Part shown: in pieces, positions 29,520 through 37,928 of the stretch
Numbering within the stretch: position 1 is the stretch's first letter
Layout: each line of letters begins with the position of its first letter
From: a virus
Lineage: Duplodnaviria > Caudoviricetes
Direction: 5' to 3' (one strand)
IMG/VR virus record: IMGVR_UViG_3300037840_000064
Span: 1 to 63,006 of that record
Length of the DNA stretch: 63,006 nucleotides
Translations under genes and position numbers: made by a program
The notes under the pieces: model-generated
Told to the model about the DNA's origin: nothing
What the model saw: only the letters and a program-made list of their open reading frames with translations
Database searches by the model: none

Positions 29520-31364
29520 TCACTGCCCGCCTCCCGCTGGCGGCGCAGCGCCCGTGCCGCCGCCGCTCAGCATCAATTGCAACGCATTCTGGCCGCCGCC
29601 CGTATCCGTTTGTGACAGATTTTGTGCGGCGGATGCAATGGCCGGAGTGACCTTTTCGGCAACGTGTGCCTGTTGCGCCGCCTGTTGGGCTTGCGTTCGC
29701 TGCCCGCGAATCTGCTGGATCGTCGCCTGATCGTTCCAATCCTCCGGCGGAAACTCGACGGCCTCGCCATAGTCGCGGATGTATTTGTCTGCGTTGATGT
29801 TGTCGAGAACGCCGGGCATCGCCGCTTCCATGCGGCCCGCCATAACCATCGTGCGCTCCATGCCGGCGGTTTTTGCGGCCTGCTGGATCAATGCGAGCTT
29901 GGACACGAATTTGACCTGGATCGGAACACCTTGCAGCGAGGCCGGCTTTGGCGGGATCAATCCGCGGCGATTCATGATCGAAACGATTCGGGTAAGTCCA
30001 ATGCCATCCTCGCGAAGATTGCGCTCGATGACAGGACCAAGCCGCAACAGTTTCTCGCCGCGGCGCTCTTGCAATTCCAACTCGTTGCGCGGCTGCACGC
30101 CTTCCATCTGCGAGATCATTTCAAACACGTCGTTGGCGAACCATCGCTCGATGCGCTTCTGCAACGTGACGATCTTGTTCTCGATGAATTCCACAAAGCG
30201 CGGATCGACCGTATAAGCGGCTTTCATGCCGGCGTTCTGCGCCAGGTTCGGGACGTATGTGACCTTGCCGGGAAGCGTCGAAGCCGGTTCGTTCTTCAAC
30301 GTCGCGTCCGCGAGCATCGGCGGACGAACGCCCTTGTCGATGGCCTCGGCCTCGCGCCGCGTCATCTGGTTTAACTGACTGATGTCCGGCAGCGCATCCA
30401 TGCCGAGTCCGCGACCATAGGGCTCGCTTGATCGTTGCGTCCAAGGCGCATACATGAACGGCTTTTCGCGGTAGCCCCGCACCGACAACGGCTGTGGCGT
30501 GTTGAGACCGCGCAGCCAATACGTCTCGCGATAGGCATAACCGCCCGGCACCACGCCGAGTCTCGGCTTCTGTCCGTACTGATTCGCGGGAAAATTCGGT
30601 TCGATTGAGTGCGCGACGATGAATTCGGTTTCGAGATTCGCGCCCTTGGTATTCCAAAGTTGTGCAACGTCGCTGCCCGCGACAGCCTTTGGCCCGAATC
30701 GCTGCACGATGGAGCGCACGGTCAGAACGAATTCCCGATCAAATGTCTCAATGGAATTGTCCGACCCCGCCGCCCCAAAATATTCCCCGGCGCACGGCAC
30801 TTCGCAATTGATGATTCGCTCGCGATTCTCGTAGATCAACATCGGCGCGGTTCCGAACGTGATCTGATCCTCGTAATACTGATGTTTGCGGTCGTAGTAA
30901 TTTGATCCCGCCAGAACATCGTAAGTGATCTGCTGAAACTCGTTGAGCCATCGCTTACCGGCGGTATCCAGTTCGACGCCTTCGGGCGCTTCGAACTTGA
31001 ACCAGACTTTTGTCGGCGATGACAGGCCGTCCATCATACCGGCGGCACAGACGCCGATTGCTTGGGTCGTTGTCGAATCCACGACGTTCTGATTGATCGG
31101 CAACCCGCGCGTCATGTTGTTGGGCGTGATGACCCAATAATAGCGCCGCGGCAGCGCCTGCTCGGCTATCGCGCCCCAATGCATCCACCATGGCGTGCGC
31201 CAGTTGCGCATTCCAAGGAGCACCTGTTCGAGATAATTGCGAAAGTCCTCCCAATCCTGATTGGAAGTCCAGGTCTTGCCGTCGATGATCGCGGGCGTGA
31301 GCGCCAACAGCGACGCGCTGGCGTTCTCATAATAGACTTCGGCGCGTTCGGCGGTGAGCGCCAT
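29520..31364 (-). CDS. Portal (head-tail connector)
   Basis: VVDSTT..CAAGMMDGLSSP..WF..SNYY..FGTA..PYGRGLGMDALPD..ERRGEKLLRLGPV T7/BPP-1-type portal motifs. Confidence 0.93.
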   Translation of the reverse strand: MALTAERAEVYYENASASLLALTPAIIDGKTWTSNQDWEDFRNYLEQVLLGMRNWRTPWWMHWGAIAEQALPRRYYWVITPNNMTRGLPINQNVVDSTTTQAIGVCAAGMMDGLSSPTKVWFKFEAPEGVELDTAGKRWLNEFQQITYDVLAGSNYYDRKHQYYEDQITFGTAPMLIYENRERIINCEVPCAGEYFGAAGSDNSIETFDREFVLTVRSIVQRFGPKAVAGSDVAQLWNTKGANLETEFIVAHSIEPNFPANQYGQKPRLGVVPGGYAYRETYWLRGLNTPQPLSVRGYREKPFMYAPWTQRSSEPYGRGLGMDALPDISQLNQMTRREAEAIDKGVRPPMLADATLKNEPASTLPGKVTYVPNLAQNAGMKAAYTVDPRFVEFIENKIVTLQKRIERWFANDVFEMISQMEGVQPRNELELQERRGEKLLRLGPVIERNLREDGIGLTRIVSIMNRRGLIPPKPASLQGVPIQVKFVSKLALIQQAAKTAGMERTMVMAGRMEAAMPGVLDNINADKYIRDYGEAVEFPPEDWNDQATIQQIRGQRTQAQQAAQQAHVAEKVTPAIASAAQNLSQTDTGGGQNALQLMLSGGGTGAAPPAGGGQ

Positions 31365-31365
31365 G

Positions 31366-31581
31366 TCAGCCCAGCAATTGCGAGTTCGTCGTGGTGGGCG
31401 CTACAAGCGTACCCTGCGCGCTGGTCTTGGTCGTGGCGTCGGCAAGCGCCGCGGCTTTGCTGGTTTGATTGGTTCCGGCGGCCGTCACGGTGGCGTTCGC
31501 CATGGTGGGCGGTATTGCCGCAGCCGGAATTGCCGGCGGCGGGGGTGGCGTTTCAGAAGGAGGGGAGAGCATTGCACCCAT
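31366..31581 (-). CDS. Small Pro-rich virion assembly protein (T7 gp7.3-like position)
   Basis: MGAMLSPPSETPPPPP...LLG C-terminus; immediately upstream of the portal gene. Confidence 0.65.
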   Translation of the reverse strand: MGAMLSPPSETPPPPPAIPAAAIPPTMANATVTAAGTNQTSKAAALADATTKTSAQGTLVAPTTTNSQLLG

Positions 31582-31592
31582 TGTGATTTTCC

Positions 31593-31907
31593 TCAGATGA
31601 CGAGCAGGCTGACACCTGCCGCAAAGCCAAGTACGATGGAAGCTGCGACGAATGCGTAGATTAACGGCGTCGGCATCTTCATTAGTTGCACGTAATAGGA
31701 CAGATAGGTCATGCCCATCGCGGCGATCGAGCAACGCCAGGCGAAGGGATTGCCGACAATCAATCCAGCATACATTACAGCGACCAGATAAATCGCACTA
31801 TTGACGATGACGGCAACAACCAGCGACCAATACAGATCGCGCGCTTGCGTGGGGTGCGGGTCAACGCCCATGGCTTTTTCGTAATCGACTGGACGGTGTG
31901 CGTTCAT
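31593..31907 (-). CDS. Three-TM membrane protein
   Basis: Three hydrophobic stretches; GGAGG RBS. Confidence 0.65.
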   Translation of the reverse strand: MNAHRPVDYEKAMGVDPHPTQARDLYWSLVVAVIVNSAIYLVAVMYAGLIVGNPFAWRCSIAAMGMTYLSYYVQLMKMPTPLIYAFVAASIVLGFAAGVSLLVI

Positions 31908-31910
31908 AAT

Positions 31911-32117
31911 CTACCTCCCAAGCGGATCGTACTCGGCTGTAAACATCGGCCGCCGCGGTTTCAATTCCTGTTCGAGCATCCACAGTTGCGGGCCATTCAA
32001 GCTCTGTAACGCCTTTGACGCAACCTCGCGAGTCACATGATCGCGGCGCATGATGTAGCCGATGGCGCGCTCGCGCTGCGCTTGATCGTCATCGGGTTTG
32101 GTAGGCGAGGGGATCAT
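31911..32117 (-). CDS. Small protein ending in the same AEYDPL motif as TerL
   Basis: Start at MIPSPTK; C-terminus MFTAEYDPLGR. Confidence 0.6.
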   Translation of the reverse strand: MIPSPTKPDDDQAQRERAIGYIMRRDHVTREVASKALQSLNGPQLWMLEQELKPRRPMFTAEYDPLGR

Positions 32118-32907
32118 ATTCCGCTTGCCATGAGACTTGCGATTTCCCGGTAGTCCACTGATCGGCCGGCCGCACGCACGCAACGCTTAACCCGGACATG
32201 ATGAGGTATCTCGTGTCGTCCATCAAGTGATCGGCCTGCCCATCCTTGATCCGACCATGCTCGTCGCGCTGGTAGAACCGATATTCCTTGATCCAGTTGA
32301 CCAGGGTCCGAAAGACTTTCAGGCGTCCGGTTGTGAGTCGTTGCCACACGGCGACGATACCCGATTCAGGTCCGGTCATCGTATTATCCGCAGGCGTCAA
32401 ATTCAAGCCCAGATCGTTGACGTAGATTGAAAACAACGCCTGACCGTCCTTTTGTCCACGTCCGCGCGCTGCCGGATCGATGACTCCGGGAATCCATAAG
32501 CCACGAGCACGAATTGCTGCGGCATGGATCGGCGGTTCGGCCTGCCCCCGATAGTGTTCGCCGTACAGATACACCACATCGTTGTCGCGGTCCCACGCGC
32601 CCCACAGCGCGGCGGTTCGCTTCCAGCCCACGTCGAGCGCATAGCACTGCGGCATCCAATCGGGGATGATGAACGGATCGCAGAGGATTTCGGATTCGGG
32701 TACCGGATAGACCGCGCCTTGACCGAGGGATGGTTTTCCGAGTGAGCGCGCTTCGAATTCGTGCGGCGGGATGCGGGATTTTTCTTCCGCGATCATTTCG
32801 GGGGTTAGGTGCGGAACGTCATTCCAGCCGGCCATCACGACAAAGCGGGAACGTTTGGCGATGACTTCTTCGGCTGGGCCGGATGAGAGCGAGGGAGCGT
32901 CAGTCAT
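32089..32907 (-). CDS. terL: Terminase large subunit, C-terminal nuclease half (P22 gp2-like)
   Basis: MAGWNDVPHL..EARSLGKPSLGQGAVYP..ALDVGW..IDPAARGR..DHLMDDTRY RNase H-like motifs. Confidence 0.9.
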   Translation of the reverse strand: MTDAPSLSSGPAEEVIAKRSRFVVMAGWNDVPHLTPEMIAEEKSRIPPHEFEARSLGKPSLGQGAVYPVPESEILCDPFIIPDWMPQCYALDVGWKRTAALWGAWDRDNDVVYLYGEHYRGQAEPPIHAAAIRARGLWIPGVIDPAARGRGQKDGQALFSIYVNDLGLNLTPADNTMTGPESGIVAVWQRLTTGRLKVFRTLVNWIKEYRFYQRDEHGRIKDGQADHLMDDTRYLIMSGLSVACVRPADQWTTGKSQVSWQAEYDPLAYQTR

Positions 32908-33073
32908 GCAGTGACCGAAACAATAGCCACGTTTCATCACCGGGGCGCGATGCAGGATCGAATTTCATTTCGCACCAATGTCCGACCGGAATATCGTCAA
33001 GTTCGGGGCGATTACCGATGTGGATGCCGCATTGGAGGTTTCCCGCGCGTTCCCAATTCTCAAGACCAGCCAT
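32900..33073 (-). CDS. 57-aa hypothetical protein between the terL halves (below ORF-track cutoff)
   Basis: MAGLENWERAGNLQCGIHIG...; TGATG-coupled start; stop overlaps the terL-C start region. Confidence 0.5.
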   Translation of the reverse strand: MAGLENWERAGNLQCGIHIGNRPELDDIPVGHWCEMKFDPASRPGDETWLLFRSLHD

Positions 33074-33387
33074 CACCAAGCCTCGACTTGTAATCCGACG
33101 CGGCCATATGCAATCGCCTCAGGTGCGGTGATGATAAGAACGTTGCGAAAGTTCACGATTGGCTGGCCCGCATAGTCATCCGGGCGCAACAGTATGTTCA
33201 TATCGCGAATGGTTTTGATGTCCACAAATCGCCGAATTGTCCGATTGCTATAGAATATCGGCCGGATGACTGGCGTAAGCAGCGCTCGCACCGGCATCAA
33301 ATTTGCCGCCTTGACAAGGGCGGGTGCTGCGAGCGCTGCGCCAAGTCCAAACAAAAAACCACGACGAGAAGAAACGATTTTGCTCAT
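33073..33387 (-). CDS. Twin-arginine leader fused to a copy of the major capsid C-terminal segment
   Basis: SRRGFLFGLGAALAAP leader; 30/48 ungapped identity to the capsid C-terminus by manual count. Confidence 0.75.
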   Translation of the reverse strand: MSKIVSSRRGFLFGLGAALAAPALVKAANLMPVRALLTPVIRPIFYSNRTIRRFVDIKTIRDMNILLRPDDYAGQPIVNFRNVLIITAPEAIAYGRVGLQVEAW

Positions 33388-33734
33388 TGAGTTCCCGCCT
33401 CAAGTTTCGCCACTACCCGCCAGCCGCTAGAGTCCTCTAAGATGCTGTTGGATTCTTCAACCATTTGCGCAAACGCAGTCACGAATGGCTGGCCGTATTT
33501 TACCTCTAATTCCTCGAAAGTCGAACAGAGCGGCGGATCGATGCTTGGAATGGGATAAACATTGTAGCCGTTGACACCCGGAACTTCCGCCCAACTGATT
33601 CTCCACAAATTTCTCGAATCGCCGCCATCAAGCACATTCATGGCATTCAGTGCTTTAGCCTTCGGCAGTCCGATAAGCGCAATCGCTGCACTACCAAACA
33701 GCCAATTAAAAAACTTTCGCCGAGTTCCGTTCAT
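33384..33734 (-). CDS. Twin-arginine leader protein with weak capsid-like segments
   Basis: TRRKFFNWLFGSAAIALIGLPKAKA leader; ATG abuts the terL-N stop. Confidence 0.7.
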   Translation of the reverse strand: MNGTRRKFFNWLFGSAAIALIGLPKAKALNAMNVLDGGDSRNLWRISWAEVPGVNGYNVYPIPSIDPPLCSTFEELEVKYGQPFVTAFAQMVEESNSILEDSSGWRVVAKLEAGTQ

Positions 33735-34529
33735 CTAAAACTCCGATTCCCCCGGCAACCGCCCGCCAGGAAGGAACGCCTGCACTACATCCGACATGCC
33801 TTCGAGCGGCGTAAAGGTCAAGAGCGAGAGACCGCGTTTGGTCATGAGCCGAATCGACGCCTCAGTGTAAATTTCTAGGGGAGGTTCCTCGTCTCCCCAG
33901 AAAACGTCCTTTGCGGTTCCCTCGAACGATCCGCGTCCCTGCTCATACGATTTGATGCCGAGGCTCGACCAGCCACCAAATTGAGACTTGATCGCAGCCG
34001 TATCAATAAAATCCGGGATGCCGCGCTTCCAGGTTATGTCGCCGATGTCCTCTGCGGGAATCAGTCCCGTACCCGCGACGGTCTTAGATCGCCCGTTCCA
34101 TTTGACCGGACCAAACAACGTCTCGCGCTGAATAATATCGCGCGTCGTTTCGTTGGTCTTACCGGCGGCCCACGCCTCAATTGGTCGATCAAACCGATAG
34201 CCCGGCCACCAAACAGGATAGCGGCCAGTCAGATGCAGTGTAAGTTCGTAACCGCCGAGGCCAAAAGTTTTTCCTATTCGATTGGCGCACAGAGCTAATC
34301 TTTCACGATGCGGTGACCCATCGCAACCTTCGGGACACCATGTCTCGATTGGATCGTGCTGACCGCCTGCCGCAAAGAACGCCATGTGGCGGTCGTAAAG
34401 CTCGCGCCGCAATGGCCCATCATTAGGATAGAGGGTGTAGAGCCTACGGAACGGCGCCTGCTTCGCTATGTTCTCGCGAAGCTTCGTGCTCAATAATTTC
34501 CGGCCCTCCGGGGAGAGCGTCGAGAGCAT
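33735..34529 (-). CDS. terL: Terminase large subunit, N-terminal ATPase half
   Basis: Walker A ANRIGKT, Walker B VFWGDEEPP, motif III LTFTPLEG; start uncertain (34529 or 34613). Confidence 0.9.
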   Translation of the reverse strand: MLSTLSPEGRKLLSTKLRENIAKQAPFRRLYTLYPNDGPLRRELYDRHMAFFAAGGQHDPIETWCPEGCDGSPHRERLALCANRIGKTFGLGGYELTLHLTGRYPVWWPGYRFDRPIEAWAAGKTNETTRDIIQRETLFGPVKWNGRSKTVAGTGLIPAEDIGDITWKRGIPDFIDTAAIKSQFGGWSSLGIKSYEQGRGSFEGTAKDVFWGDEEPPLEIYTEASIRLMTKRGLSLLTFTPLEGMSDVVQAFLPGGRLPGESEF

Positions 34530-35094
34530 CGGCAAGAGCGCGTTGATCTTCGACACTGAGACCTGCGAAGAAATTGTAATTATTCGTCGTCGCTGGAACT
34601 TTATCGGGTTCATCGTCCTGCGGCAAGCCGCCGAGATTCTTCAAGAGCGTGAAATTGGCTTGATTCTTGTCGTGCAGCTTGATCTTCGGACGCCCCTCGT
34701 CGTCCCATTCGATTGAGGCCAAGGCTTCGCTCAGTTCCGGCGGCAGCGCCGTGATGTCCTTGAGGGTGTAGCGGCCAGTGCGGTTGCCGTCTTGGTCTAG
34801 GACAGGCTCGAAATAGTCGGGGAGCCGAGCCTTGCCAACGCGATCAATCCGCATCACGACAGTCGCCAAGCGCACGTCCCGGAACGCAATGGCTTCCTCG
34901 AACAGATGTTTGATGCGCTTTTTGACGACGGGAGAATTTGCCAGACGGCGCGCGTTGTGCTTGTTGCCTGGATAACCGGCTTTCTCGTAGCCTACTTTTC
35001 GGGCATTACGGCGCACATTTGGGTCGGAACTCAGCAGAGCTTCGACGACCTCTCGCGCAAAAATCTCATGCGCTGGATTGTGCAGTGCACCCAT
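34444..35094 (-). CDS. terS: Terminase small subunit
   Basis: LHNPAHEIFAR..EKAGY..ARRLANSPVVKKRI HTH; KIKLHDK motif; upstream of terL. Confidence 0.85.
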   Translation of the reverse strand: MGALHNPAHEIFAREVVEALLSSDPNVRRNARKVGYEKAGYPGNKHNARRLANSPVVKKRIKHLFEEAIAFRDVRLATVVMRIDRVGKARLPDYFEPVLDQDGNRTGRYTLKDITALPPELSEALASIEWDDEGRPKIKLHDKNQANFTLLKNLGGLPQDDEPDKVPATTNNYNFFAGLSVEDQRALADALDALPGGPEIIEHEASREHSEAGAVP

Positions 35095-35127
35095 GACGCT
35101 GATTCTTTTCGAGTCCGCTTTGCCTCA

Positions 35128-35514
35128 TTATCGCCCCGGATTATATCGTTCCCGCTGAACTCTGCGCAAGGGGATGGCGGCGGATTCTTGGGGCTGGTCG
35201 GATTCGGCTTCGTTGGCTGGCGGAAGGTTGGCTTCGGCTTCGGCGGCGCGTTGGGCGAGGATGTCGTTCGTTACGCCGTCTACTGGCGTTGATCCCTCGT
35301 TATGCGGCTGGTAGTGTGTAGGCAACGTCACTTGAGCGAGAATTTGAGACTGCATCATCCCGATCAGCGGCGCCCTGCCCTTACTCAATCGGTCGAGCAC
35401 CACGCGCACAAACGTTGCGTTGTCCATGCCTTCATCGGCCGCCATTTCGCCGATCCATGCGAGTTGTTCGTCCGTGACGCGGACCATGATTCGCTTGGTT
35501 AAGTCGGCGCTCAT
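35128..35514 (-). CDS. Ribbon-helix-helix DNA-binding protein
   Basis: KRIMVRVTDEQLAWIGEMAADEGMDNATFVRVVL. Confidence 0.7.
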   Translation of the reverse strand: MSADLTKRIMVRVTDEQLAWIGEMAADEGMDNATFVRVVLDRLSKGRAPLIGMMQSQILAQVTLPTHYQPHNEGSTPVDGVTNDILAQRAAEAEANLPPANEAESDQPQESAAIPLRRVQRERYNPGR

Positions 35515-35530
35515 TGGGCCTTTGCGGAAT

Positions 35531-35628
35531 CAGGACGGTCGCTCAGTATCCCAAACGACCGTCCTGCAAGCTGGGGGCTTATCACCACGTAACGCGCACA
35601 ATATTGCCCCTTACGCTACAACCGTCAA
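35531..35628 (-). promoter_or_regulatory. Putative late promoter followed by an 11-bp perfect hairpin
   Basis: Minus strand TTGACG-N17-AATATT (35628-35600); inverted repeat CAGGACGGTCG/CGACCGTCCTG at 35531-35566. Confidence 0.55.
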
Positions 35629-35812
35629 GAGGCTTCGCGCTCGCCGAGGATGCGCTGTGACTTGGCTTTCGAGACTTTGTCGCCTGGAATGTTGTAGTTT
35701 TGCCCACTTGGCGTGGCTTTGCGACGATTGTGGATAGTTTCGAGACCGCGCTGGCGAATCTGATCGTCGCGCTCGCGTTCGGCATCGGTGTAGGGTTGGG
35801 CTGAGGCGTATT

Positions 35813-36559
35813 TCATGCGGTTTTTCTTCGTCGGTAGACTCTTTTGGGCCTCGCGGCTTCACCGAGCCACACAAACCAATTCCCCTTACCCTCCATTCTT
35901 GTCTCAGGGAATATAGCGCTTCCCTTCACGTCGCGGTAGTCCCTCTCGAAGTCCATCCATTCCGTGGTTCCGTAGTCGAACCACACGTATTTGTGGCATT
36001 TGCTCTTGGCACCGTGGTTGGGCTTGTTCAAGAGCCGCGTTTGCGTGGCCTCTTTACCATTTAATATTGGTTGGTTATGCTGGTTAGCATCAGATTCCGC
36101 AATAATTCCGGGCAGATTCGGCATTTCTTGTCCGACTCTTTGTCCGACTCCTTGTCCCAATTTTCCGCTTCTGACGCGCGGCATTGCGTTGAATTTGTTG
36201 TAATTGCAAATGGTTATGATGGTAACCCTCTGGGAGCTTTTAATCGTGTCTTTTGTATTAATCCTTGTCCGAATCGAATTGACCACGATCATCTGGGCGT
36301 CTTGCAGGCGGCGCAGGAAATATTCGACGCTTGACTTGGGCCACCCTAAAAGCGTCGCCAGCGCTCTAATCGTGCTCGCCAATTGCCCGCGCTCAACGTG
36401 CGCTGATCCCCAGCGCCCAGCATGGGCCTGTGGCTTCCACGCGGCGGCGGCAATGAGTTTTTCCCAAGCGACGTGCCAATCGGGACGATTCTTGAATAGC
36501 GGATGGTCGAAGATGCTACGCGATACAGCGATGTAGCCTAGCTGCCGCGTGCTGCTCAC
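35813..36559 (-). CDS. Replication initiator-like HTH protein
   Basis: GYIAVSRSIFDHP..VERGQLASTIRALATLLGW..ITICNYNKF pattern of phage replisome organisers. Confidence 0.75.
   Translation of the reverse strand: MSSTRQLGYIAVSRSIFDHPLFKNRPDWHVAWEKLIAAAAWKPQAHAGRWGSAHVERGQLASTIRALATLLGWPKSSVEYFLRRLQDAQMIVVNSIRTRINTKDTIKSSQRVTIITICNYNKFNAMPRVRSGKLGQGVGQRVGQEMPNLPGIIAESDANQHNQPILNGKEATQTRLLNKPNHGAKSKCHKYVWFDYGTTEWMDFERDYRDVKGSAIFPETRMEGKGNWFVWLGEAARPKRVYRRRKTA
36128..36157. repeat. 12-bp-period tandem repeats inside the initiator gene (candidate origin iterons)
   Basis: TTGTCCGACTC at 36128 and 36140, partial TTGTCC at 36152. Confidence 0.5.
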
Positions 36560-36861
36560 CTGAACCCCCTCGGTCCCGGATGAACCGGAGTCAATGCTGT
36601 CGGCCGCGACGTACCCAGCGTCATATTGAGGCAGGCATTGGCGCTGGACGACATCGGTGAGTGTAGGAGTTGTCTGTCGAAATGAACGCCTACGAGTGGC
36701 GTTAAATCAACTTTTGGTCCGATGGTGAAATGTTCTTCGCCTCGTTCTCTTGCTTTGAGCATGGCGTGGGCGAAGTTTAGGTTCATTTCGATACATTCTC
36801 GGCGGTCGAAGAAACCTAGGGATGAGTCTGTTGGTTGGTTGGGGTCTGATGAAAATGGCAT
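36556..36861 (-). CDS. Hypothetical protein
   Basis: 101-aa ORF coupled to the initiator gene. Confidence 0.55.
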   Translation of the reverse strand: MPFSSDPNQPTDSSLGFFDRRECIEMNLNFAHAMLKARERGEEHFTIGPKVDLTPLVGVHFDRQLLHSPMSSSANACLNMTLGTSRPTALTPVHPGPRGFR

Positions 36862-36879
36862 GGGGATTCCAATTGTTTG

Positions 36880-37918
36880 GTTAGACTGGCTACCTTGGCT
36901 GTCGATTCGGTTGTTAGGACTTTACGGCCATAGAGGTTTTAGGAAACCCGTTGTATTCGACGCCATCGAGTAGACGACCAGCGATCTTTTTGCCGCCGCG
37001 CACAAGGCGATCATCTTCGTGTTTGGTACCGTGGAATTCCGCAGGCTGAGCTTGTGCGGCAGGCCACCACTCGCCCCATTGCTTGAAGAAAAATTCGACG
37101 CCTGCAGCGGCGCATTGGTCACGAATGTTGCGCGCCCATTCCGGGTGCATCGGCCGTGCGTCGTAGCCGCTTTCGCCGCCTACTATTACCCAATCAAGTT
37201 TGGTTCCATTAATGAGGCGCAGCCCATCGCGACCGTCCGAGAGATCATCTGATTCTGGAAATCCGATATGATCTTTAGGCCAACGAATGCTGCGAAGATC
37301 GATCGGCGCTAACAATGGTTCGGCCGAAATAAATCTGACCACCGCCGGAGTCTGCAATAAGAATGCGATTCGTTCGTCAGCTTCCTCTTGGCGCTCGCAC
37401 GAAACGCCAAACCACACATTCGATAATGGCCAGGATTCCGGGTGTCTATTATCGCGCGAATAGTGCAGCAATCTCTCCGCGCGCTTCGTCAGCACTTGGA
37501 ACGTATGCTGCGGACAATGTCTGATGACGGCGAAAATCTCATTGATCCATTCGTCTTTCATAAACTCCGCAAAAAGATCAGTCATCGAGCAAACGAACAC
37601 CATGCGCGGCTTTTTCCAATGGAACGGCGCCTGCAACATTTTCTCGTCAAGAAAAATCTCTATGTCTTTGCGGTGCCCAGGCTTGAACGGCAGGCCGGTG
37701 CCGAGCCGCAAATTCATTGCCTCAGAATAGCAATGGATACAGCCCGTCGTATCGTGCTCGCAGTGCCAGCCGAGTTTTCCGGTCGCAAGATTCTTGGCGC
37801 GAATCGGAGTCCAACTCGCATCGGTCCACTCAATATCGCTTTTTGCTCCCACTTTCTCAATCCTCTATGGCCGTAAGAATCTCACAGAACAATCGAGCGC
37901 CAAGGTAGCCAAGCTAAC
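36880..37918. mobile_element. Single-gene cassette 1 bounded by 57-bp inverted repeats
   Basis: IRs at 36880-36936 and 37862-37918. Confidence 0.8.
36914..37852 (-). CDS. Phage Gp37/Gp68 (DUF5131) family protein
   Basis: SDIEWTDASWTP..C..GCIHCYS..FVCSMTDLF..FQVLTKR..RFISAEPLL..WVIVGGESG..FFFKQWG. Confidence 0.92.
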   Translation of the reverse strand: MGAKSDIEWTDASWTPIRAKNLATGKLGWHCEHDTTGCIHCYSEAMNLRLGTGLPFKPGHRKDIEIFLDEKMLQAPFHWKKPRMVFVCSMTDLFAEFMKDEWINEIFAVIRHCPQHTFQVLTKRAERLLHYSRDNRHPESWPLSNVWFGVSCERQEEADERIAFLLQTPAVVRFISAEPLLAPIDLRSIRWPKDHIGFPESDDLSDGRDGLRLINGTKLDWVIVGGESGYDARPMHPEWARNIRDQCAAAGVEFFFKQWGEWWPAAQAQPAEFHGTKHEDDRLVRGGKKIAGRLLDGVEYNGFPKTSMAVKS

Positions 37919-37928
37919 AAACAAATAA

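Noticed and set aside
32908-33734. Intron or intein explanation for the terL interruption
   Set aside because: In-frame stop, three coupled ORFs filling the gap, and no homing endonuclease, reverse transcriptase or splice motifs visible; not formally excluded without RT-PCR
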